From Bispira polyomma (lineage: Eukaryota): a stretch of DNA of 64,000 bases. The position numbers were made by a program, and so were the translations under genes. The stretch covers positions 103,602,001 to 103,666,000 of the forward strand of contig OZ287750.1 of NCBI GenBank assembly GCA_965649765.1, in the 5' to 3' direction. Under the pieces are notes generated by a model, which was not told the DNA's origin, searched no databases, and worked only from the letters and a program-made list of their open reading frames with translations. This document shows, in pieces, positions 51,448 to 62,948 of this stretch (position 1 is the first letter of the stretch; each line of letters starts with the position of its first letter).

Positions 51448-52442
51448 CGCAGACTGAGGCCTAAAATGCAGACAAAAACGTTTTAATATGCCAGTGCAGA
51501 CTCTGACGCAAACGCTAAGTGAGTATTTGGCCTATGCTGATGTGTGATCTGTAAGTGGACACAGGAGTCTGTATAAACAGGTGTGGTGGAAACACGTGGG
51601 TGTACAGGGCAAACAGAAGTGTATGTAAACAGAAGTGTATGTAAACAGAAATGTTTATAAGCTGATTTGTTCAACTATACATTTTATTGTAGATATGCTG
51701 TAGATACAAAACGACGGCCAAACAAGACCTCAAAACGTACGGATCCGTATTGTTTGGACTTGTGTGTTAAAAACAAGGACATGGACTTTAGACGTTGTAA
51801 GATGCAATGTGAACAGTAAGTAGACACATATGTGTATTTCAACAGATTTGTGTATGAACAGATGTGTGTATAAACAGATGTGTATGAATAAACAGACGTG
51901 TGTATGAACAGATGTATATAAACAGACGTGTATCAACAGATGTGTATAAAAAGATAAGTATATATAAACAGTGTAAAGCATGTGTAAAGCATGTTAAACG
52001 GATGTGTGTGTGTGTGTGTGTGTGAGGGAGTGTAATAAAGGACAGGGCATGAACTTTACATATTGTAATGGGATATGTGATCAGTATGTGGACACAGAAG
52101 TCTGTGTAAACAGATGTGGTACAAATGGGTGGGTGTGTAGTGTAAACAGATGTGGTACAAATGGGTCGGTGTGTAATGTAAATAGGTGTGGTACAAATGG
52201 GTGGGTGTGTAGTGTAAACAGATGTGGTACAAATGGGTGGGTGTGTAGTGTAAACAGAAGTGTGTGTAAACAGGTGTGTGTATAAGCAGATGTGTGTAAC
52301 TGTATATTTCCTGGCAGAAATTTTTGAAGCAGAAAACAACATTAGTGTGGCACAATAATGTGATTTCCTTACCAAATTGTTCTAAATTTTACTGGGTGGC
52401 TGAGGCCAAGGGTAGGCCTAAGCTAGCATCACCGGTGTATCA

Positions 52443-52926
52443 CCTGTTGTAACTATGTTCTGTATTTACAGTTCTAGATAATACCAACTGCTGTAACTGT
52501 ATTCTGTATTTACAGTTATAGATAATACCAACTGTTGTAACTGTATTCTGTATTTACAGTTCTAGGTAATACCAACTGTTGTAACTGTATTCTGTATTTA
52601 CAGTTCTAGATAATACCGCCTGTTGTAACTGTATTCTGTATTTACAGTTCTAGATAATACCAACTGTTGTAACTGTATTCTGTATTTACAGTTCTAGATA
52701 ATACCAACTGTTGTAACTGTGTTCTGTATTTACAGTTCTAGATAATACCACCTGTTGTAACTGTGTTCTGTATTTACAGTTCTAGATAACACCAACTGTT
52801 GTAACTGTATTCTGTATTTACAGTTATAGATAATACCAACTGTTGTAACTGTGTTTTGTATTTACAGTTATAGATAGTACCACATGTTATGTGTTCATAA
52901 CTGCATTTTCCTGTATTTACAGCTTT
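52443..52926 (+). repeat. 44-bp splice-acceptor-containing array, left half (~11 units)
   Basis: ctgttgtaactgtattctgtatttacagttctagataataccaa. Confidence 0.92.
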
Positions 52927-53076
52927 GGGGGATGACCACCCAGGCGGCAGCAAGGTCAGTTCTCGGGTACCAGGCTAACTAATTTGCAGGCTGTTTGCGG
53001 TAGTATAAAAGCCGTCTTCTTTTCAAATTCTCCCGCCATTTCCGAAGTTTACAGAACAGGGAGCATTGTTTAAAAA
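52927..53076 (+). repeat. Split direct repeat A1
   Basis: Near-identical to 57884-58033; contains TATAAAA. Confidence 0.93.
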
Positions 53077-53160
53077 ATAGCGTGGTATCGCATTTGGATT
53101 TATGCGGTTTTATCATTCTGTTTTAGTCATTTTAGTTTGTTGATTTTATAATTCATAGTG

Positions 53161-54201
53161 ATGCCACGTCGTGCTGCTGTTTATTGCTCCAAATGTTTTG
53201 GGAAACACCCGAGGCCTGTTGGTCGAAATTGCAATGTTTTGGACATATCTCTGGGGAATGCAAGTGCTGACTCAGTTGAGGTGGACCTGTCGGATTCGGC
53301 GTCAGTGTCTGGTGAGGGAAATGTGTCTACTGCTATATTGAAACAGTTACAGTCGATTAGTCAGGCAGTTCAGAGTATGGATCGACGGATTCAGCTCACA
53401 GAGGCAGCGCTGGCAGGAAATTCTAACAATCAGGCGAGTAAAAATCCAGTTTCTACTGTCAGTTCTGTAAACTTGGGCGATAGCCGTCAGAGCGCCGAAA
53501 TACCTGAGACCAGTATTGTTCCAAATATCGAATTTCTGAAACAAAACGTACAAATTCAAACTCAGGTTGAAGAACGGCTTAAAGAGTTAAGACAAATTAA
53601 CAAGAGCCCTTCACAAGGTAAGATCAAATCTCAGAGGGGAGGGGGATCGGAAGTTTTAGTCAAACGAACTGTAGAATGGCCCCACAACCATGTCCTATCG
53701 GGTAGTACTAAAGCACGTCCTAGCTATGATGACTTAGCTGTGGTTCAATGGGTATGCGGATTTACGAGAATAGTACAAGAAGAGAAATCGGAAGAGAATA
53801 AGACTGCTATGCTCGACTACATGGCAAACTTAATGGAGGATGCTCAGGACTTTTCCTGGAAGGCCGCTAAAGCTTGCCATGCAGTCGTGCTAACGAATAT
53901 GGAAATGGACAAGCTAAAATGGTCCGAGGTTGAAAAGGTAGATAGGATCCGTAGAGCGCATGCTCAGAGACATTTACATTCAGGTCAATCTGCTACCGGT
54001 GTAGGGACTCGTAATTTGGGAAATAATCAAAAGAAAAATAACTCCAAGCAGGGGGCGGTCACGTGCCGTTATTTCCAGGATGGCACATGTAAACATTCTA
54101 CTAATCATAAAACGGGTCCACAGTTTTACAAACATACATGTGAAACCTGCGACAGTAGTCACAGGAGCAGCATGTGCCCCAAAAAGGCAGTAACAAACTA
54201 A
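53161..54201 (+). CDS. Gag-like protein of the YR retroelement, intact ORF
   Basis: 346 aa from the ATG; N-terminal CxxC-x3-H-x6-C, WP...YDDL...W..G core, C-terminal CCCH/CCHC fingers. Confidence 0.85.
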   Translation: MPRRAAVYCSKCFGKHPRPVGRNCNVLDISLGNASADSVEVDLSDSASVSGEGNVSTAILKQLQSISQAVQSMDRRIQLTEAALAGNSNNQASKNPVSTVSSVNLGDSRQSAEIPETSIVPNIEFLKQNVQIQTQVEERLKELRQINKSPSQGKIKSQRGGGSEVLVKRTVEWPHNHVLSGSTKARPSYDDLAVVQWVCGFTRIVQEEKSEENKTAMLDYMANLMEDAQDFSWKAAKACHAVVLTNMEMDKLKWSEVEKVDRIRRAHAQRHLHSGQSATGVGTRNLGNNQKKNNSKQGAVTCRYFQDGTCKHSTNHKTGPQFYKHTCETCDSSHRSSMCPKKAVTN

Positions 54202-56406
54202 GGGGCTACTGCCTAAATGCAGTGGGTCAAAATGTGAATAATAAGGTTTTCACTAGATTTGTATATAATACGCAGTTTTATGATGTAGCACTGTTTCAAA
54301 AGTCGGTTGTACAAAAAATGTTTAGATATCAGAAGGGCACGAGCACTTCTGTCAAGTATAATGATGTAGTAAAGAGGAGTACTAACAATACCAAATTTAT
54401 TGAAAGACATGTGCACAAAGTGTTACAAAAGGGTAGTACACACAGCATGGTGCACAAGTGTGAAAAAGTAATTTCACCCAGCGTTGTAGCTCAGTTAGTT
54501 GTGAATAAAACTAGTCCTATTAAGAGTGATACTGACGGGGGACAAAAGGGGTGGAAAAGAAACACAGAAAGAGGTGTGAACACAATTCAACCCGGGGTGC
54601 CCTCCCACTACATAATAGGTTTTCAATTCTGGCTAACATTGAAACAATGGGGAAAGGGGATAACAATCAATCTGAAATTCCCAATGCAAAAAGTGACACA
54701 ACAAAGAACAAAAAAACACAAAGCATCTGTCAGGTGTAGTGAGAGTGGCAGAAGTGCCATTCACACTGGGCTTGGTAGTGTTAACACACATTCACACTGG
54801 GCTTGGTAGTGCTAACACACATACAGAGGATAACAATGGTGTTAAGTGGCACAGAGCCAACAAAAAGGGCCAAGGGCTGGGTGAGAACGATGACCCCAGA
54901 TTACATACAGGCTTGGCTACTAAAAAGGACATTAATGGGGAGGACAATAACAGTGAGTGCATTGTGCCTTCAGACAAATATACATGGGAATTAAAACAGA
55001 GAAAAAACAAACGTCTTTTGTTAGACTTGGCTAAAGATAATGACAATTATAAAAGTTGGCAGGCACAGAACGATGTGGCTTATGGGTTCACACCTCTCTC
55101 TGATTTTATGACAATTGATAATACAGAAAACACAAAAGTTGAAGAACTAGATGTGTTGGAAATACATAAGCGCGTTAGGGCTGATGGCAGGTTCAACTTT
55201 AATGGCCTTAAGCTCCCAGTTAAATCTCAGCTAAATACTAAAGCATGGGACAAATATTTGGTTGACTATTGGGACAAACAAACAGTTGCCACTATTGATC
55301 AAGCATGGCTTTCCATTAGACTTTTGTCGGGAAAATATAACTCGTTATGATGGAAGCAATCATAAATCTGCGACTGAATTTCCCACTCATGTGGACTTTT
55401 ATATGGCAGAAGAATGTGCCATGTTAGGTCCTTTTAAAGACCCTCCCATCAGTAACTTACATTGCTCCCCTTTAACTAGAACTAGAAATAAAGCCAGTTC
55501 GGAAAACAGAAGAGTCATTGTGGACCTTAATTGGCCACAAGGACACTCGGTGAATGCAGGGGTATCCCCCATGTCTTATTTAGGCACTGAATTCTTACTG
55601 TCCTATCCTTCAGTCGACAGTTTAACGCAAGAAGTGGTTAAAATGGGTAAGGGCTGTCATATATTTAAAGTGGACGTTAGTAGAGCCTTTCGTCACGTGC
55701 CGATAGATCCCGGTGACGTAGACTTGTTAGGACTAAACTGGAAAAAATATTACATAGATAAATCATTGCCGTTTGGTTATCAGAACGGCAGCACAATTTT
55801 TCAAAGAATTTCAGATGCCGTGAGGTACATTATGAAAACGGAAAATCATAATGTCCACAATTATATCGACGATTTTCTATGTGTCTTGCTTCCCAACAAA
55901 ATTCAGAAAATGTATGTGAGATTACAAAAACTCTTGACAGAGCTTGGTTTAACTGTCAGTGAAAAAAAGTTAGTACACCTTGGCACCTCCGTGGTAGGCC
56001 TGGGTATTACTATAGATACAGTTAACTTCACTACCTCAATTTCACCTGGAAAATTGCAAGAAATTAAGAATGTGTGCAAAGCATGGGAAACAAAAAATGT
56101 TTGTACTAAACGGGAACTTCAATCCCTGTTAGGCTTGTTACTCTACGTGTCAAAATGTATAAAGTATGCAAGGGCATTCTTGAATCGTATGTTTCAGTTG
56201 TTGAGAGACAACCATACCAGTAAACGCATAAACATAACCCAGAAATTCAGGAGAGATCTAAATTGGTTCTCTATGTTTAAGTAGCAGATTTGTTGTCCAG
56301 ATGGACTGATACCAACAGAGATCACCAAGTATTGCATGAGTTGTTAGGGCCTGTCAAATGGTTGCCGGTGCATGACTCATTGCTCAGTGTTAATGAGAAC
56401 ATATAA
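54174..56406 (+). pseudogene. ORF2: DIRS-type reverse transcriptase, RNase H largely deleted
   Basis: RRVIVDL, FKVDVSRAFRHVP, LPFG, NYIDDF, LQSLLGLL; jumps from DLNWF to VADLLSRW at ~56281; frameshifts upstream. Confidence 0.9.
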
Positions 56407-56433
56407 TTAAATATGGCGTAGTATATATTGCAG

Positions 56434-57419
56434 GCATTCACCCAGGAGAACTTATGCTGGCTAGACAGGCTTGTGAAAGAGCTCACAGAGCCTTCTCTCT
56501 GTCCACCTCTAGGGCTTATGATAGAATGTTTTAGACCTTCATAGCTTTTGGGGTCTTCATGAACTGGAGCCCGAAAAAGGTGAATGTATTGCAGTTGCTC
56601 TCCATTCTAGAGTTTTTGCACAGTAATAAAGTGTCAGCTTCACAAATTGCAAATTACCTTTGTGCTATAAAGGCTAAATGTGTATTATTTCATGTACAGG
56701 TAGAAGCATTTTCTGATACCAGAATTAAATACTTTAACAAGGCTCTGACAGTCAGTAAACCTTTGTAGGCAAAATTGAAGTCATTGTTTGATATCACGCT
56801 GCTAAAAAAATTAGTCGAGAAATGTAATGTGACTTATATGGGATTAGTATTTAAAGCAGTATATTTAACTAGTTTTTTCAGTTTCCTGTGTTTGTCAAAT
56901 CTGTGCCCCCATTCTGTCAGGGATTTCAACCCCCTGAAACAGCTAGCACGAGCTGACGTTATGTTTAAACCAGGTTATGCTGTCATATTGGTGAAATGGT
57001 CAAAAACCCTTCAAACCAGAGATGTTGTCAAGCTTCTAACCATTCCAGCCCTTCCTGGTTCCAGCATCTGCCCAGTGACAGCTATTAAAAATGTTTTGGC
57101 CATTACTCCTCAAGGGGCTAATCATCCCCTCTTTCAGTTCAAATGTAGGCAAAATTGGGTTCCTCTCACTGATTCCAAAGTACGTAGACATCTAAAAAAT
57201 GTTCTGAAAATGTTGGGCTGTGAGCATACAGGCCTCACTTTTCATGCTTTCAGGCGTTCAGGTGCCACGTTTGCATTTAATAACAATGTCAGAGTCCAAG
57301 ACATATAGAGACAGGGCACCTGGACGTCTGACTGCATTTGGAGATACATTACTGATTCGGCATTTGCTGGCTCCCAGGTGGCTGATTGTTTTAGGGCCTC
57401 CATACTACACAACTCCTAG
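56434..57419 (+). pseudogene. Tyrosine recombinase
   Basis: One frame with three internal TAG stops; WSKT, ICPV, HAFRRSGAT, GTWTSDCIWRYI; the box I Arg position reads Cys (FLCLSNL). Confidence 0.92.
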
Positions 57420-57433
57420 GATATTGGGGTTTG

Positions 57434-57883
57434 GTGGTCTAACACATTTCATGTTTAGAAAAATCTGGGACAAAAGAATATAAATATGTTCATAACAATC
57501 AACTAGACAGTATCAAAAGTCATTACTGTCCCAGGGCATAAGGTCACCTTTAGTAACCAGTACAGATTGTACTTAAAATATACGTTCAACTTAAACCCAC
57601 AAATTTAAGTTGAACTTACAAAGTTTGGACTTAAAGTTAAAATTTACTTAAATTAAGGTTTAAGTTTGGACTAAAAGTAAAATTTCAACTTAAACTCCTT
57701 TTTAAGCCTTAGGCTATGGTGACCTTATGCCCACCTCAAACTCTACTGCAAATATTAGCTGTTAGTGTTTTAACATAGTAACTAATAAATATTATTACCG
57801 CAACCTGGGTTGATTATTAGCTATGGTTGGTTAAACGTTAGAATCCTTTAATATTCCCTTGGCCTGCTACACAGGGGAACTGT
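57434..57883 (+). repeat. Split direct repeat B1
   Basis: Matches 58727-59223 apart from a ~47-bp deletion. Confidence 0.93.
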
Positions 57884-58033
57884 GCGGGATGACGACTCGG
57901 GCGGCAGCAAGGTCAGTTCTCGGGTACCAGGCGAACTAATTTGCAGGCTGTTTGCGGTAGTATAAAAGCTGTCTTCTTTTCAAATTCTTCCGCCATTTCC
58001 GAAGTTTACAGAACAGGGAGCATTGTTTAAAAA
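57884..58033 (+). repeat. Split direct repeat A2
   Basis: Directly abuts B1; matches A1. Confidence 0.93.
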
Positions 58034-58726
58034 CCCACCCTCCTCTTCCCGGTAGTAATACTGTTGTTCTGTAGTTTCAGAGGTATTGGCTGGAGTTTAT
58101 TGTCTGTGGGGAGATATCATCACTGGGCAGTAGCAGCTGAAGAGTGGCAGCACACATACATGGTTATGTGGTGTTCCCGTTCAGTGTGGGAAGCATAAAT
58201 GTGTGCACAGTGATCCTGGTCGGTTAGCAAGTTGACGTTGGAGGTTTTTTATGCTAGGCTGGTGATTGCAGCTATGATTAACTTTTAGGCCGTGTGGGCC
58301 AGGATCTTTATATCTGTGCTTTATCTCATGATTACCATGATTACGTCAATGATATCTGGATCATCAGTGTATGGCAGCTCTGATGGCTTCGTGTTCACAT
58401 GAACTGGAACTAATATGGAAATAAAATTCTTTGAATTGCACTAGAAATGAACTGAATGCAGTTAATGTGACCGCCCCTTCGTCTAAGGTTAATGTTGAGC
58501 TTAAGGAGGTTGTATTACTCAGCCACGTAAGGAAATATATTGGAGCTAGTGGGGCTAAACTGCCTAGGTGTGCAATATTATATTCTTTATCAACACATAT
58601 TATTGTTTTAATGCTTCACACTGAATATAGTTGATTGTTCTGAAATATTTACAAACTTTACATGGCTCTAATGCAGTTTTATAATTTATATTTTAGTATT
58701 TTACATATCTTTGCTTGTTAATTATA

Positions 58727-59223
58727 GTGGTCTAACACATTTCATGTTTAGAAAAATCTGGGACAAAAGAATATAAATATGTTCATAACAATCAACTAGA
58801 CAGTAACAAAAGTCATTACTTTCCCAGGGCATAAGGTCACCTTTAGTAACCAGTACAGATTGTACTTAAAATATACGTTCAACTTAAACCCACAAATTTA
58901 AGTTAAACTTACAAAAACACATTAAGTTGAACTTAAACTCAAATCCTCAACTTAATGCCTAAGTTTGGACTTAAAGTTAAAATTTACTTAAATTAAGGTT
59001 TAAGTTTGGACTAAAAGTAAAATTTCAACTTAAACTCCTTTTTAAGCCTTAGGCTATGGTGACCTTATGCCCACCTCAAAATCTACTGTAAATATTAGCT
59101 GTTAGTGTTTTAACATAGTAACGAATAAATATTATTACCGCAACCTGGGTTGATTATTAGCTATTGTTGGTTAAACGTTAGAATCCTTTAATATTCCCTT
59201 GGCCTGCTACACAGGGGAACTGT
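58727..59223 (+). repeat. Split direct repeat B2
   Basis: Ends ggcctgctacacaggggaactgt like B1; AATAAA near 59124. Confidence 0.93.
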
Positions 59224-59632
59224 AGATAGTACGTCTTGTTATAACTGTGTTCTGTATTTTCAGCTTCAGATAGTACCACCTGTTATAACTTTGTTCTACA
59301 TTTTCAGCTTTAGATAGTACCATCTGTTATAACTGTGTTCTATATTTTCAGCTTTAGATAGTTCACCTGTTATAACTTTGTTCTATATTTTCAGCTTCAG
59401 ATAGTACCACCTGTTATAACTTTGTTCTATATTTTCAGCTTCAGATAGTACCACCTGTTATAACTTTGGTCTACATTTTTAGCTTTAGATAGTTCCACCT
59501 GTTTGTAATTTTGTTCTACATTTTCAGCTTCAGATAGTACCACCTGTTATAACTTTGTTCTACATTTTCAGCTTTTGATAGTACCACCTGTTATAACTTT
59601 GTTCTTTATTTTCAGCTTTAGATAGTACCATC
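59224..59632 (+). repeat. 44-bp splice-acceptor-containing array, right half (~9 units)
   Basis: ctgttataactttgttctatattttcagctttagatagtaccac. Confidence 0.92.
59616..59625 (+). CDS. Predicted terminal coding exon (A-F-R-stop); 3' UTR follows with AATAAA at 59844
   Basis: ttattttcag|c ttt aga tag in phase 2; unique sequence follows the last array unit. Confidence 0.4.
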
Positions 59633-60689
59633 TCCTGTAGCTGTGTTTTGATTGATCGCCAGAGTTTGCTAGAAGTAACTTTGATTGGTCCAGCCACCTC
59701 TTCGACCTTCACCTTTTCTCTACAAGCCTTGCTCAACTGTTGTGTTTTTGATGTGAAGAAAACGTCTATGTTACTATAAGTTAAATATGCAGTTTTAATG
59801 CAGCAATTGTTCTGAAAAGCCTTGTTATGTATTTGAGTACAACAATAAAGGCAGGACTATGTAACTTTTGTTTGAAAATGATTAGTAAACAAGTGTCCTA
59901 CTTTGTCACTTAATAACACCCTTTGCACATTTCAGTCAAAATTGCAAACTTTCAATGTAAATATAGTCAACTTATTTTCTAAATAGACACTGAGTTTATT
60001 TATCCCTGAAATGGACAAAATTAAAGTAAACCTCTGTTTTGACAAAATCAAATTAAACATTTGTAAAAGCCTGACACAAGGTCATATATTGGCGCTGTCA
60101 ACGTGTCAGAAATATGTCAGGGGTTTCATAACGTCCCCATAGTAGACATGAAGCCATTGAGCATTCAGTGGCCTACCTTAACAGATCGCATTATGACACT
60201 TTTAAAGGTGACAACTAAACCATACATTTATTTTGTCTAGATTCTTAACTGAGTCAGTTCTTTCAAGTTTTTATAAGCTATACCATATTAAACTTTAATG
60301 TTTTATTATTATTTGTTAGAAAAGAACAACTTTTTCGAATAAACAATAGAGTTTACATGATTTCTGAGATGCAAATGTAAACAACAAACTCAATTTCGTT
60401 TGTTTGAAATTGAAATACCAGTAAATATGTTTTTTCCTTATTTTCATGCTTTGTTATTCCAAGTCTCTGCTGAACACACTATTAATTTCTGACCTGTCCT
60501 TCACATATATAATCAATGGGGTTTAACTGAGTTCAAACTGTCCGATGTTTGATCAGCATATGGAGTGATCCTATTATAGCAAGACGCTCCAGTAGTGTGT
60601 CTAGATAGGCAGCCTCCTATGTATCAAAAAGGCCATATTTTAGTCACCAGACAAAGTCAAAGGCTATGGAAATCTTGTTATTGGTTTGG

Positions 60690-61036
60690 ACATAGCAAGG
60701 TCGTAAGGAAAGATTTGGTTTTAAAGGAGGCAAATAGGGTGGGTAGACAAGGTTAAAGATAAAGGTTTAAGCCTTTGCCGAAAACTGATAAGTGTATCTA
60801 CAGATCTGAGGTTGACTGGGAGACTGTTCCATAACAAGGGAGCTGCAGTTGAGAAACTTCTGGATCCAGGTTTCCTGGTGAGTCTAACAGAAGAAACAGA
60901 GAGTCTATTGCCACAGGTTACTGAAAGACAGAAGGAAAGCCAGGTCGGAAGGTTGTTGAGTGGCTACATAGCCTTTAATCTGGTAACATGAATTTTGAAC
61001 AAAATTCTATAGTGAATGGGAAGCTATTGTAGTTTT
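60690..61036 (-). mobile_element. L2 LINE 3' fragment
   Basis: Minus strand LPIHYRILFKI, GNRLSVS, RSFSTAAPLLWNSLP. Confidence 0.78.
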
Positions 61037-61074
61037 TATGAGGAATAATGATTTTAGGAACTCGCTGATGCATT

Positions 61075-61595
61075 AGGGTCTGAGATGATGCTGCAGGTTT
61101 CTAAGATGATGCTCCAGGTTTAGGGATGATGCCCCAAGTTTCGAGATGACGCTTCAGATTTTGAGATGATGTCCCAGATTTTGAGATGATGTCCAGGGTT
61201 CTAAGATGATTCTCCAGGTTTTGAGATAATGTGCAGGGTTCTGATATGATGTTCCAGAATAAGGAATAATGATTTTAGAAACTCACTGATGCATTAGGGT
61301 CTGAGATGATGCTCCATGTTTAGGGATGATGCTCCAAGTTTAGAGATGATGCTCCAAGTTTAGAGATGATGCTCTAGGTTTTGAGATAATGCCCCAAATT
61401 TTGAGATAATGCCCCAGGGTTTGAGATGATGCCCCAGGTTTTGAGATAATGTCCACGATTTTGAGATGATGCTCTAGATTTTGAGATGATGTCCAATATT
61501 TTGAGATTATGCTCCAGTTTTGAGTTGATGCCCAAGATTTTAAAATGATGCTTCAGGTTTTAAAATGATGCCAAGGATTTCGAGATGCCCCAGGT
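61075..61595. repeat. 20-bp minisatellite with a higher-order duplication
   Basis: Unit gagatgatgctccaggtttt. Confidence 0.88.
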
Positions 61596-62948
61596 TCCGG
61601 CATCTTGGTGTCCAATAGTTTAACAGATTAAGTATGTGTACACGTTTCAATTCACTGATCTTTATCATTGAAACCTTTTGCCAAACCTGCTGGTCCTTGA
61701 TGCTTGCTGCAAACTGATCCTACTGGTTACAGCCAATCGTGATAAGACACAAAATGTGGGGAAAGCTAGGTCACATCACAAAGGTATTATTTGACCCTTT
61801 CAATGGCAAGGTTGTCGACCAGTAGCTAACAAAATGTCTGTCTGCAAGCAAGCAACACCCCAAAAATATTGTTTTATTTTCTTTAATTTCATTGCAATAG
61901 AAAATTGTTAGTACCACAGACTTCCCCATTTAAAAAGTTATACATGAGGCCATTATTGAATACTTGAAGTAAATTCCCAGTGCCCCAGTCCATGATTTCC
62001 TATAAGTTGCTTTCACATCCAACCCTGTTGGCTCAATAACAAACAAGATATGAGGACCCTAAAGTATGAACACACCCTTTGACGTTGAGGGGTTTGACCT
62101 GCTCTATAAGTGGGTTTCACATCCCAAACCTGTAGGGCCAATAATATGCAAGAAATAAATGCCATTAAGGATCTCATCTGATCTTGAAAACGAGACCATG
62201 GTGACCTTTGACTTATGACCTTGAAAACGGATGTTAACAAAAGGGCAGGTTAAAGCTTGTCATTTGAAGCCTCATTTGCAATAATTGAAGCAGTGGCTAT
62301 ATAGATATTGGATTGGTTAACATAAATGTGACACACACAAACGTAAGGCTACATTGGATCATCCCTGCTTGCGAGATGGTGGGATTAAAGAAGTGCAATT
62401 ATATGGCTATATCATGACATTTCCAACAGAACAGATCTTGTATTAAGTAGTGATACTGGGATAATAAGATGTGTAAAGATTGAACTAAAACTTCTCACAT
62501 AAACAAGTTGCTCCTACTTTTAAAGATGTTATCTTTCAATATTCCTCCAACCTTGCTGCTTCATTTGCTTTAAAAATCGTTAAATGGAAAACTAACTTTC
62601 TGTATCATTTCTGAAACATACAAATACGGCTGAATCTTCCCTGTTGCTACCCCTATGTTATGAAATAGTGTTTCAGATGAAACTTAAAACCTGTCTCTTC
62701 AAACTTTCTGATGCTCTTAGTTCCCTCCCTGTACACCCCCACATCATTCCTTATGACTGTGGCTGTTTTGGGACTTTTTCATTCCTTAATTGACTCTATC
62801 GTTATGCTTTAGGAGATACCCCGCATCAATATAAAATGCATAGTACAACCAAATAATATAATAGGATGCAACAATTGTGAATTAAACAATATTCCTAGTT
62901 GGATATGTTTGAATACATGTGTACATACATTGAGACAGTACATTACTA

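Larger units (their letters stand above)
50180..51532. mobile_element. MITE-like TIR element carrying two minisatellites
   Basis: ggcccaaaactcacctagc ... gctaagtgagtatttggcc; TA on both sides; a paralogous empty site near 52050-52090. Confidence 0.7.
50035..52300. repeat. (taaacagatgtgtg)-type degenerate repeats with a local duplication
   Basis: Motif starts right after the 50028 donor and recurs at 51570-51660 and 51840-52300. Confidence 0.7.
52927..59223 (+). mobile_element. Tyrosine-recombinase retrotransposon with split direct repeats (Ngaro/PAT type, DIRS order)
   Basis: A1-gag-RT/RH-YR-B1-A2-spacer-B2 layout; no TSD; flanks rejoin as cagcttt|agatagtac. Confidence 0.95.

Noticed and set aside
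56434-57419. Three in-frame TAG stops in YR suggesting readthrough or a variant genetic code
   Set aside because: The same copy has lost the catalytic Arg and most of RNase H, and TAG serves as a normal stop elsewhere; ordinary decay suffices.
59616-59798. Longer Cys-containing terminal exon (LDSTISCSCVLIDRQ...)
   Set aside because: Needs a phase-1 upstream donor, but the 50028 donor is phase 2 and no bridging exon was found.
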